Shown: positions 39,072-47,938, counted from the first letter of the stretch. The stretch is DNA of 64,000 bases from a candidate division FCPU426 bacterium (GCA_963830915.1 CAWHOE010000053.1:64001-128000); one strand, 5' to 3'. Translations and numbers: made by a program. Notes: generated by a model from the letters alone, not told the origin.

Positions 39072-41486
39072 TTAGATCGTCTTGGCCAAGTGGAAGATGA
39101 ATTCCCGGCCGTTTTCATAATGGTTCCCGTTGTATCCGTTGTTGATGAAGATGGCGTAGGGATCATCGAGAAGATTCAACACATCCAGGCTAACCTTGAG
39201 CCCCGCAAGCCCGCTTTCCTTCTGGAAGGCATATCCCAGGGTAAGGTCGGCCGTGAAATGGGACGGCAGTCTCAAGCTGTTATTGGGCCCGGTGCTCAAT
39301 CCCCCGCCGAACAGGCCTTCCGCCGTGATCCAGACGTCCCCGGGGTTATAGGTCAAACCTCCGTTTGCCGTATGGATCTGGCAGTGATCCAGGAACTGGT
39401 AAGCGGTCGACGTGGGCGTATTGGGCGGGAAAGCGAAGAGGCCTCCGCTGATCCCCTGTCCCTCGGCGATCTCGTAGGAGTAGTTGCCGAAGTCCGACCA
39501 ATCCTTGTCGAGCTTGCCGCGCATGGAAAATTCCACGCCATAGGCATATCCGGTGGCGAAGTTGTAAGGCTGGGCTATGGCCGTATTCAGCAATTGGGTC
39601 TCATCCAGCATATTGACCGCGCTTTTGTAGTAGGTGTTGACGGTGAACAACTGATCCCCCGCCTGCTGGGCTACGCCCGCCTCGAAATAATCGTCCTTTT
39701 CGGCCTTGATGTCATAGGGCGCCAGCGCGTTGCCACCGCCGATGCTGACGAAGGTGTCCCTCAAGTCCTCGGCAGGCGCCGGCATGAAGAGCTTCCCGTA
39801 AAAAACATGGAACTTGGTGGATTCAGTGGGAAGGATGCTCACCCCAACGCGAGGCCCCCAGTTGCTGTCGTTGGATGTGGTGTCGGGAAAAACGAATTGG
39901 ATGGCGTCAAAGCGGACGCCCCCATTCACGACCAGCCATTTTGCCAGCGTGAGCTCGTCCTGCACGTACACTCCTTCCTGATAACCCGTATCGGAAGAGT
40001 TGTCCGAACTGGCCGTAGTAGAGGGTCCGCTACCCGTATTCACGACCTCGGTCACCGAAACAGGCCCGGATGACTGGGTCACCAGGACCTGACCGCCCGC
40101 CTTGATCAGGTTGGACGATCCCGCGCGCAGGGTGTAATCCACCTGCGTTCCGTAATTGTTGCTGGTGCGGTTCTCTGAAAAAGAGGACTCGGTGATACTG
40201 CCCAGTTGGGCGGCCAGGGCATCGTTCTGGGCCGCGGCCAGGTCGTTGGTCGGATCATTGGTGAAGGTCAAATTCGACTCTTTCCAATAAGGCGCGATCT
40301 GGATGAAGGAATCCTCATCGAATGTGTGCTTCCAGGCGAATTCAACGTACTTATTCGCCTCCGATTGAGTGTCGTTGGTGGTAGAAGGCACATAATTAAA
40401 GGGGCCGTTCCCAAATGTATCGGTCAAGCCTTGGAAATAAGCGAAATTGGAACCCCCGGGATCGAAGGAACTGTCATAGTCGGGGATCTGAAAAAACTTG
40501 TCCTCACTGAAAGCAACCAGGACCAATTTGTCCGCGTTATCCGCCACCCAATCCAGTTTCAGGAAGGCGTCCGAACCATAACTCTTGTCGTGGATTGCCT
40601 GCTCGCTTCCCCCGTTCTGGTCGTTTTGGATATCAGCCGGAGCGGGCGTGTCCAACCCCCTATCGGTCGAGAAGGCGTTGGCCGATAGGAAATAATGGAA
40701 AGCGCCCGAACCGTCCGAACCGCCGTAATTGGCGTAGGAATTGGTCTGGTCATAGGAACCATAACTCAAGCCGATCTCGCCGCCCGGCTGGGTGGAACCG
40801 GACTTGGTAACGATGTTCACCACACCCGCCATGCGGGACCCGAACTCGGGGGCCAACCCGCCCGTCAGGATCTCCATATGGTCGATGTTGACCGGGGTGA
40901 AGGCTTCCCCGAAGGACCCTCCGACCGAATCCGGCAGTTGGATGCCGTCGATCTGATATTGCAAATTCGCGTGGTTGCCCCGGGTGAAGACCTGCCCAAA
41001 ATCACCCTCCACAAAACCGGCAGTGGTGGTGTAAAGCAGTTTGGGCATGCTGGTGGTGGCTCCTTCGGGTAGCTGGGCGATATCGTCCGCGCTCAGGTCC
41101 CGGCTGGAGTCGGAAGCGGGGGTGACCAGATGACGTTTGGCCTTCACCGTCATTTGGATCTCGCCAGCCGGCGCCAGCTTCACTTCCAAGGAGGAAGAAT
41201 CGCCGGATACGGCGATGGAACCCTGGTAGGGGCTAAAACCGTCGGCCTGGACGGTCACCTGGTAATCCCCAATGGTGAGGGGGAAGGCCTGGAAAGTCCC
41301 GGTGGCCGAGGAGGTCAGATCCTTTTCCAGTCCCTGCCCCTTAATGGTCACCTTGGCATTGGAAACCGCCACGCCCTGATCGTCCACGATCGTCCCGGAT
41401 AATGCCCCATCCACCGTGGCGAACAGCCGGCCCGTTGGCAGAATAGCGAAAAGAAAAACCCATATAACAATCAAATTTTTAAGCAT
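39072..41486 (-). CDS. TonB-dependent receptor with N-terminal carboxypeptidase-regulatory-like domain
   Basis: Signal peptide, G.IVD.QG.AV..A.V, plug (RGNHANLQYQIDG, GGL.PEFG.R..GVVNIVTKSG), YVQD, GVRFD, NLLD..Y. Confidence 0.93.
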   Translation of the reverse strand: MLKNLIVIWVFLFAILPTGRLFATVDGALSGTIVDDQGVAVSNAKVTIKGQGLEKDLTSSATGTFQAFPLTIGDYQVTVQADGFSPYQGSIAVSGDSSSLEVKLAPAGEIQMTVKAKRHLVTPASDSSRDLSADDIAQLPEGATTSMPKLLYTTTAGFVEGDFGQVFTRGNHANLQYQIDGIQLPDSVGGSFGEAFTPVNIDHMEILTGGLAPEFGSRMAGVVNIVTKSGSTQPGGEIGLSYGSYDQTNSYANYGGSDGSGAFHYFLSANAFSTDRGLDTPAPADIQNDQNGGSEQAIHDKSYGSDAFLKLDWVADNADKLVLVAFSEDKFFQIPDYDSSFDPGGSNFAYFQGLTDTFGNGPFNYVPSTTNDTQSEANKYVEFAWKHTFDEDSFIQIAPYWKESNLTFTNDPTNDLAAAQNDALAAQLGSITESSFSENRTSNNYGTQVDYTLRAGSSNLIKAGGQVLVTQSSGPVSVTEVVNTGSGPSTTASSDNSSDTGYQEGVYVQDELTLAKWLVVNGGVRFDAIQFVFPDTTSNDSNWGPRVGVSILPTESTKFHVFYGKLFMPAPAEDLRDTFVSIGGGNALAPYDIKAEKDDYFEAGVAQQAGDQLFTVNTYYKSAVNMLDETQLLNTAIAQPYNFATGYAYGVEFSMRGKLDKDWSDFGNYSYEIAEGQGISGGLFAFPPNTPTSTAYQFLDHCQIHTANGGLTYNPGDVWITAEGLFGGGLSTGPNNSLRLPSHFTADLTLGYAFQKESGLAGLKVSLDVLNLLDDPYAIFINNGYNGNHYENGREFIFHLAKTI

Positions 41487-41556
41487 CGTTGGTCTCCTTG
41501 AGAATGTTTATTTCGCTGCGGATAAATGTCTTTTGAACTGGACGTCACGGTCCTCA

Positions 41557-41811
41557 TTAGGTTGTCACCGGAAAGGCGATCCCTTCCTTAAGCAACATAA
41601 AAAGGATCAAGATGGCCCCCAAGCCTGTGATTAAAACCGCGACCCAAAATTTCCAGTTCCTTTCCGGAATAATGGATCGATATTCGATCTTGACCTTCGT
41701 CTTTCCCGGCCAAGCGTTGCGAATATAGGTTTTCCTGTCCGATGTTGAACGGGTGTTGTTTTCCGCCAAAAGGCGGGTTGTTTTTATTCTTTTATGTTCG
41801 AGCGTTTTCAT
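41557..41811 (-). CDS. Small basic protein with one C-terminal TM helix
   Basis: GAGG SD plus ATG at 41811; 84 aa; FWVAVLITGLGAILILFMLL. Confidence 0.5.
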   Translation of the reverse strand: MKTLEHKRIKTTRLLAENNTRSTSDRKTYIRNAWPGKTKVKIEYRSIIPERNWKFWVAVLITGLGAILILFMLLKEGIAFPVTT

Positions 41812-41998
41812 TTTTTTCCTCGAATCTTTTAGCGATTTGAAATCGGCGTGCGGATACAACTGGGATCGCTTGGGATCAAACGGGAATACGCAATGAATGA
41901 TGGTTGGGAAAATTACGAAATCGAGTGGGATGCGCGCGAATAAACACCAGGAATTAAAACACCGGTGCTATCAGTTCACTTGTTTTCCCGTTTGAGAA

Positions 41999-42289
41999 TT
42001 AGGAAAGAACGGCTGGAGGGGCGCGACCTGAATGTGTTATTAGTCGGGTGAAGTGGTATGTGGGAAGAAGGACAAACACCGAGGAAACAATTAAGAAATA
42101 AGGGATGATCTCAACGGGAGCCGCGGAAATATCAGAGTTGCTGACAGCTTTATGAAACCCGCAATAGGCGCAATCGCTGTCTTCTGTTGTTTCGTGATGG
42201 TGGTGGATGAAGCCTTCGGAAAGATCCACCCCGGCGAAAACCAGGAAAACGGAAAAAGCCAGGATCGAGAACCACTTGTTTGAGCGCAT
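41999..42289 (-). CDS. DUF2946/CruR/CutF-like regulatory upstream ORF (His4, CxxC, C-terminal RAPP)
   Basis: GGGAG SD; hydrophobic N-terminus, HHHH...CAYC, second hydrophobic segment, GRAPP four residues before the stop; upstream of a TonB-dependent receptor operon. Confidence 0.82.
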   Translation of the reverse strand: MRSNKWFSILAFSVFLVFAGVDLSEGFIHHHHETTEDSDCAYCGFHKAVSNSDISAAPVEIIPYFLIVSSVFVLLPTYHFTRLITHSGRAPPAVLS

Positions 42290-42315
42290 CAAATCTCCCG
42301 AACGGAATGGTTTGT

Positions 42316-42345
42316 ATAATGACAGAGATTTGCAAAAAAAGTCAA
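42316..42345 (-). promoter_or_regulatory. Putative sigma70 promoter for the uORF-TBDT operon
   Basis: TTGACT-18-CATTAT with extended TG on the minus strand. Confidence 0.4.
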
Positions 42346-42434
42346 TTATTGGACATAAATATAGATATAAATTTAATACGTTAGATAAAGTTAATCTTTG
42401 AATTTTCCGACGACATCTCGATCCTATTCTCGTT

Positions 42435-45400
42435 TCAACGGATGACGATCACCTTTAATATTTTGGTCATTGGCTGTGGACCGTCGATTTCCACCCTCAG
42501 GTAATAAAGCCCATTGGCCGCCTGGTTTCCCCACTGGTCCTTCAGGTCCCATGACAAAATCCCGCTGGTAACGACTCCCTCATCATGGGCATAAATTTTC
42601 CTGTAGGCGGTGGTGAAAACATCGAACCGCACCCGAGAGGGACTGGCGACCGTGTAACAGCAGGAGATCAGGCCCCACTTCACCGGGTTCGGATAAGGCA
42701 AGCAGATGGAATTGATCGGCACGGGTGTGGGACTGATGGTGGGGGTCAAGGTGAGGGTCGGGGTGAAACTGGCTGTTTGAGTGGACGTTTGGGTAGCGGT
42801 AAAGCTGGGTGTTGATGTGGAGCTTTGGGTGGCTGTGGAAGTTGGTGTTTGCGTCGACGTTTGGGTAGCGGTGGATGTCGGGGTCGAGCTCGGGACCGTA
42901 TCGGTGGCTGTGTTGCTGGATGTTTGGGTGGGTGTTTGGGTGGCGGTATTGGTAGGGGTCGAGGTCGGGCTGGCCGTCGAACTGCCCGTTGAGGTGGGGG
43001 TGGGCGTGTAGGTCGGAAAAGGATCGTAATAGATCAGCACCCGGGAACGGTTATTATCCACGGTATAAAGGTTGTCCTGCTCGTCGAAAGTTTCCGAGTA
43101 CATATTGGAATAAAAGTCGTTCAAGTGGGTCCAGGGGTTCGAGGGGTCGGTGGGGTCGAAATTAGCGCGGGGGTTGGGGATGACCGCCGGGACCCTCTCA
43201 AAGCCCGCCACCACCATGTCCTGGTCGGCGGAGGGAAAAGCCGGCTGGAGGGGCATGCAGACATCGGCAATGGGGTTGGAGGCCGGGGGCGAAACACAAG
43301 TGCCGGTGAAAACCCCGTTCCGATCGTAGATATGGGTCGCTCCCGAATAGGGGGACGCGCTCAGGAACTGGATGGCGTTCTGGGAAACGGAAGCCTGGGT
43401 GGCCTGGCCGATCTCCGAGACGTCATATTCCAACAGGCGCCAGTTCCCCGCAGTCTCCAGGGAGAAATCGCAGACATAGAGGTTGCCAGCGTGGTCCAGG
43501 GCCAGGGCCCCCGGGGTGTTGAGCGTGTATTGGTTCAATGAAATGGAACCCGTACAGCTCCCCGCGCTCAGGGTACCGAAATTCGAGCAGTCATTATTGG
43601 AAGCGTTGGTCTGACCGATGAGGATATCCACCACCGGTCCCAAGCCCAATTTCCCCAAGGGGTCCCGGACTCGAAAAACCCGGCTATGCATGTTGTCCGC
43701 CACCCAAAGGTAGGAAACAGGCCCGCTGGCGTAGGGCGTGGAAACGCTGGCGCAAGGCATCAGGTCGTTCAAGCCGCTCAGGCCGCCGGTCCCGGTCCAG
43801 TCGACGAGGGACGCTGGCGCGCCCAAGACGGGAATATTGGTGGCGACAGAGGAGTTGGCAGATCCGTAATTGGACAAGGGCAGGTTGAAGATCTGCGCTG
43901 TTTGCTCGTAATCGATGGCCCACAAATGCTGGCTGCCGGTCGCCCCGGTGGAGTGGTCCACCCTAAGGCGGGTGAAGAAGTGCCCGTTCGAGAAAGGCAG
44001 GGTCACGCTGGAGCTGTTGACTCCCGCGAAGCCATCGGGCGCCTGGCCGGTGGCGAGGGCCTGGGGGCCGGTGGGGATGTTCCAATAATCCAACCGCCAG
44101 CAGTCCGCGATGATCAACTGGGGTGAGGGATTGTCCTGGCCCACGGCCACACCATAGACCTGGTAGATGCCGTTGAACCCGACCTGGTTGAACATGCCCA
44201 ATTGGCTTTGCTTGAATACCTCCACATCCGACGAATAGATCTTCCCAGCCTGGGGCGTGGGAATGGGCGCGGGAAAACGGCGGATGTTCTCGAACCCTCC
44301 CTTGGACATGGCGTAAACGTTGCCGTTCCCGTCCACCGCCACCGCTTCGGGATTGGGGACGTAGGCCGATTGGCTGGATGTTCCGGAAGTGTAGTAAAAA
44401 TCCGGTCCCGTTTCAGTAAGGGTCGTGCCAGGCGTGGCAGGCGGAAGATTGTCCCGCATGAGGGCGTTGATGGGCTGAAGGGCCGTGACCGAACCCCCGG
44501 CGTTCAGAAGGGTCTGGAACTCCACCACGCTTCCGATGTTCGCCACCCCTCCCACCGAATTGGCTACCCAAAGGTTGTTGGAGTTATCCAGAACGATGCC
44601 AAAGGCGCCTGTGAGGTTGGAACTATAGACCATGTCAGGCGCCGCAACGGCCGAATGGCCCGCGTAGGTCGCGGCGTTGAAAATGGAGATATGACCCGTG
44701 CTGTCCATGACATATACATTCTCGCTGCTGTCGACCTGGACGAAAAAGGGGACGTCGAGATTGGCGGGAGCACCCGTGTTGAAATTTCCCTGGCCCAGCA
44801 CCAGGTCCGCGGTGGATTGGGGAACGCCCCCGACCCCCGCCGGGAAACGGAGGATACGGTTGTTGGTAGTGTCCGACACCCATAAGTTATGTTGGCCGTC
44901 GAAAGCCACAGCCGCTGATTCAGCGCCGTTTGGGTCGGTGCAGGGTCCCACCACGGAAACAGCGATGGCCCCGCCGAAATAGAGAGTGGCGTTGGTGGGC
45001 GAGGATAAACCCTGGTTGGCGAGATAGCTTATGTAATCCGGCTGGCCCCACACGCCGGAAGCCGCCACCCCCTGGGCGCCGGACACGAGGTCGCCGTAGG
45101 CATAACGGAGTACCCGGTTGTTGAAGACATCCGGGACGTAAAGATCCCCCGTGGCCGGGTCCACAGCCATTCCGGCCCAGGAACCGCCTTCCGCGATGGA
45201 ACCCTGTCGTTGCCACATGCCGCAAAGGGTAGTCTGGCCGGGAGCGACGAAGCCAGGCCAATTCTGGTCGTTATTATCCCCGTTACAACCGCCATGATTG
45301 AAATCGGGCTGACCTAGGACGATGTCGGCGGCATAACCTGTAGAGCCAGCTGGCTGGTTAGGAAGGAAGTGGGTGGTATCGCTGAAACCCAGGATACGGC

Positions 45401-45713
45401 TGTTCCCCGAGTCCCAAACATAGAGGCGGTGATGGGTTGGATTCGGGTCCGCGGCGATGCCTCCCGGAAGGAATATCCCCGAGGCGGTGACTTGGTTGTA
45501 GCTCAAGGAGCCGAAGTTGGGCTGGCCCAGGACCAGGTCGGCCCAAAGGTCACCCGCCGTGCCCCGAACTGGCTGGGCCAACAAGGGGGCTGCGAAAGAC
45601 AAAAATATCATTGTTGTGAAGGTGGAAAGACAGCATGTAATTTTTAATATATTTCGGATCATATCACCCACATTTAAAAGAGAAAAAAGCACCCCATTGA
45701 ATATACGAACCAT
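42435..45713 (-). CDS. NHL-repeat beta-propeller secreted protein with Thr/Pro linker and T9SS-like CTD
   Basis: Repeated AD.VLGQP.F and LYV.D..N.R(V/I)L units; T/S/P linker; YPNP...FTTAYRK...WDLKD..G...ANGLYY...KVIVIR. Confidence 0.87.
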   Translation of the reverse strand: MVRIFNGVLFSLLNVGDMIRNILKITCCLSTFTTMIFLSFAAPLLAQPVRGTAGDLWADLVLGQPNFGSLSYNQVTASGIFLPGGIAADPNPTHHRLYVWDSGNSRILGFSDTTHFLPNQPAGSTGYAADIVLGQPDFNHGGCNGDNNDQNWPGFVAPGQTTLCGMWQRQGSIAEGGSWAGMAVDPATGDLYVPDVFNNRVLRYAYGDLVSGAQGVAASGVWGQPDYISYLANQGLSSPTNATLYFGGAIAVSVVGPCTDPNGAESAAVAFDGQHNLWVSDTTNNRILRFPAGVGGVPQSTADLVLGQGNFNTGAPANLDVPFFVQVDSSENVYVMDSTGHISIFNAATYAGHSAVAAPDMVYSSNLTGAFGIVLDNSNNLWVANSVGGVANIGSVVEFQTLLNAGGSVTALQPINALMRDNLPPATPGTTLTETGPDFYYTSGTSSQSAYVPNPEAVAVDGNGNVYAMSKGGFENIRRFPAPIPTPQAGKIYSSDVEVFKQSQLGMFNQVGFNGIYQVYGVAVGQDNPSPQLIIADCWRLDYWNIPTGPQALATGQAPDGFAGVNSSSVTLPFSNGHFFTRLRVDHSTGATGSQHLWAIDYEQTAQIFNLPLSNYGSANSSVATNIPVLGAPASLVDWTGTGGLSGLNDLMPCASVSTPYASGPVSYLWVADNMHSRVFRVRDPLGKLGLGPVVDILIGQTNASNNDCSNFGTLSAGSCTGSISLNQYTLNTPGALALDHAGNLYVCDFSLETAGNWRLLEYDVSEIGQATQASVSQNAIQFLSASPYSGATHIYDRNGVFTGTCVSPPASNPIADVCMPLQPAFPSADQDMVVAGFERVPAVIPNPRANFDPTDPSNPWTHLNDFYSNMYSETFDEQDNLYTVDNNRSRVLIYYDPFPTYTPTPTSTGSSTASPTSTPTNTATQTPTQTSSNTATDTVPSSTPTSTATQTSTQTPTSTATQSSTSTPSFTATQTSTQTASFTPTLTLTPTISPTPVPINSICLPYPNPVKWGLISCCYTVASPSRVRFDVFTTAYRKIYAHDEGVVTSGILSWDLKDQWGNQAANGLYYLRVEIDGPQPMTKILKVIVIR

Positions 45714-45858
45714 TGTTTCTAAGTGGTATTTTCTCTCCCTTTTTGTGAAAAGGCTAATTAATAGACGGGAAATAAAGGAAAAAATTCAAATATTTACCAT
45801 TTTTTAAAGAATTGGACGATGTCTATCGGCCACCAGTTGTTTGCGGTTAGTCACCAGT

Positions 45859-46092
45859 CTACCGCTGGCCGGTGGCCAGCCGGTAGGCGGCCGGGGGCGA
45901 CCGGTGCCCGGCCGGTAGGCGGCCGGGGGTGACACCGGGCCTTTTTACCTTTAGGCCCGGTAAAACAAAACCATCTGTCTCGGCTGGTTGCCTCGACAGA
46001 AGTGCCGGTAACTGGCCAGAAGCGACCGGTGCCCGGCCGGTAGGCGGCCGGGGGGTGACACCGGGCCTTTTTACCTATAGGCCCGGTACAAC
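45859..46092. repeat. Cluster of GC-rich palindromic repeats (three 32-33 bp units and two 34 bp hairpin units)
   Basis: CCGGTG(G/C)CC(A/G)GCCGGTAGGCGGCCGGGGG(C/T)GA at 45869, 45901, 46026; CACCGGGCCTTTTTACCT(T/A)TAGGCCCGGTA(A/C)AAC at 45933, 46059. Confidence 0.85.
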
Positions 46093-46196
46093 CAAGACTA
46101 GTGCCTCGGTTTGAGACGTCTGGGGCTGGGCCACAAGCTCAGACCCATGTCTTGACTGTGCCGGTTCCAAAAAGGAACTGACCCTCGGAACAGGTG

Positions 46197-46462
46197 CCAT
46201 CGGAAACGGTGTCTTTCGTCCATCGGAAAGGCCAGGCTACCCATCGGAAGAGGGGCTTCCGGCCATCGGAAAGACCAGGCCACCCATCGGAAAGGGTCTT
46301 CCGGCCATCGGAAAGACCAGGCCACCCATCGGAAGAGGGACTTCCGGCCATCGGAAAGGCCAGGCCACCCATCGGAAAGGGTCTTCCGGCCATCGGAAAG
46401 GCCAGGCCACCCATCGGAAAGGGTTTTCCGGCCATCGGAAAGGCCAGGTCACCCATCGGAAG
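46197..46462. repeat. Tandem array of 13 CCATCGGAA boxes, 21-23 bp period, alternating A/B units
   Basis: Boxes start at 46197, 46220, 46241, 46263, 46284, 46305, 46326, 46348, 46369, 46390, 46411, 46432, 46453. Confidence 0.95.
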
Positions 46463-46507
46463 AGGTCGCTACGAGGGGCCGACTAGACAGACTACTTTTA
46501 GGGTTTG

Positions 46508-47827
46508 TTAAATCTCGAAATGGAACCGGCCAGAGAGGATACCTACCGGCCCCCGGTCCTGGTTGTAGGCCGGGTTGTTCACCCCTTGCAGGTCCAGGGT
46601 AAGCCCGATGGTCTTGATGGGTTTGTAGAGGTAATAAAGCTCCACCATCTCTTCCGGGGCATAATTCAAAGCCCCATCCCCAAGGTCGAAATCCGATCCA
46701 CCCGCCGCCAAATAGGCCTGATGCACGGCTGATAACCCAGCGATAGCGAACCCTAGACCAAACTGATCCTGGGCCCTTCCCCAAGAGGTTCCTTTAAGCG
46801 AAAGCCCTAGGGAGGCCACCTGATCCACCGCGGTAAATTCCCATGTCTCGCTCTGCCCGTCGTTCCAACCCAGCCGGGCGAACAAACCCAGGTCAGGCCC
46901 GGCGGTTTGTTCCCAATTCAAACCCAACCCAAACCTTTCTCGGTACTGGCGGGTGGCGGTGACATCGGGGTTGACCGGGGACTGGTTCAAGGCGTCCTGA
47001 TACCCCCCCATATGGGCGTGATTGGCGTAAACGAGGAACCGAAGCTTTCCTGCCCCCGTATCGGCTCCATACCGCCATTCCAGCTCAGCGTTTTCGGCCC
47101 TGGCCGCGGGAAAGTTCGTGTCGAAGACGGGGCCATTAGCCGCCGTCGATACCATCGCCTCCGCGAATCGGAAGGCCCAATCTTTTTGATTGAGTTCAGC
47201 CAATAGAGCGATGGTATAGCCATGGGTATCGGCGGCGTAATCCCAGGCCGTATTGGTCTCCAAGGCCTCGTTCATGAATTGGGTCCGGGGGTCATGGGCA
47301 AAAGCGTTATTGTCGAAAAAATCGCCCAGGGCGTATTTGCCCGCCGTAAAGGTCAAGCGGGAGATATCTTGCTTGCCGGAAAGCTGGTTCTGGTCATCCT
47401 CGATGGATTCCTGTTCTCCGCCCAGACCCACCACCTGCTGGAAATATAGCCGGGCTTGGTTATAGGTTGGGTCGGGGGTCCCAACTTTCGAGATTTCAGC
47501 GTTTGGGAAATCCCCCAAACCCGTGACATTGGAAAATCCGCTTCCCGCCGGGACTTCAGGATCGGCGTACAAATAGCCTCCCTGCCAAGTTTTGAGCCCC
47601 AGGAAAAGGGTGGCCGTGAAAGAACAATTCAACTCCGATGTGTTTTGCAGGCTTGTGGCGGGTGAAGTGTATTTCGCGGGAAACGCCGGATGATACTGAG
47701 GCAGGATGGTCATCTGGAAGTGGATGTTCCACAATTGGTCAGGCGTGGCAGGGTCATCCCCGGCCATGACCTGTGTCGCCGGCAAGCAAAACAGCAAGGT
47801 TAGTAGGGAGAGTATCCTTGATCGCAT
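46508..47827 (-). CDS. OprB-family carbohydrate porin / MnoP-like high-affinity Mn2+ porin
   Basis: Signal peptide; Q.HPAFPAKY...SL, D.FD.N.FAHDPRTQFMN, WDYAADT.GYT, NPAYN.DRGP, terminal RFHFEI. Confidence 0.85.
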   Translation of the reverse strand: MRSRILSLLTLLFCLPATQVMAGDDPATPDQLWNIHFQMTILPQYHPAFPAKYTSPATSLQNTSELNCSFTATLFLGLKTWQGGYLYADPEVPAGSGFSNVTGLGDFPNAEISKVGTPDPTYNQARLYFQQVVGLGGEQESIEDDQNQLSGKQDISRLTFTAGKYALGDFFDNNAFAHDPRTQFMNEALETNTAWDYAADTHGYTIALLAELNQKDWAFRFAEAMVSTAANGPVFDTNFPAARAENAELEWRYGADTGAGKLRFLVYANHAHMGGYQDALNQSPVNPDVTATRQYRERFGLGLNWEQTAGPDLGLFARLGWNDGQSETWEFTAVDQVASLGLSLKGTSWGRAQDQFGLGFAIAGLSAVHQAYLAAGGSDFDLGDGALNYAPEEMVELYYLYKPIKTIGLTLDLQGVNNPAYNQDRGPVGILSGRFHFEI

Positions 47828-47938
47828 GGGCCGTAAGATAGACTTCCGCAGGATTGACTTCAATTTAAAAAACGCGGTTTACTTCGTATTTACATGATCC
47901 GAATTTTGAGATCTCTTCGTGGTTAAGTCACGAAACGA

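Noticed and set aside
41940..41998. AAACGGGAA...GTGAA upstream of a TBDT, suggesting a cobalamin riboswitch
   Set aside because: No CCCCGCnACTGT segment or B12-box is visible; the RAPP uORF explains the regulation better. An Rfam scan would settle it.
45929..46092. Two 38-bp hairpin repeats ending in A(A/C)AAC that resemble CRISPR direct repeats
   Set aside because: Only two copies, the intervening sequence of about 90 bp contains another repeat, and there are no cas genes in the window.
46139..46511. ORFs with 7-aa repeats (FPMAGRP/FPMGGLA etc.) over the CCATCGGAA array; also considered as a CRISPR array
   Set aside because: The 22-bp units shift the peptide pattern between frames, there is no convincing RBS, and the spacers are repetitive and only 12-14 bp.
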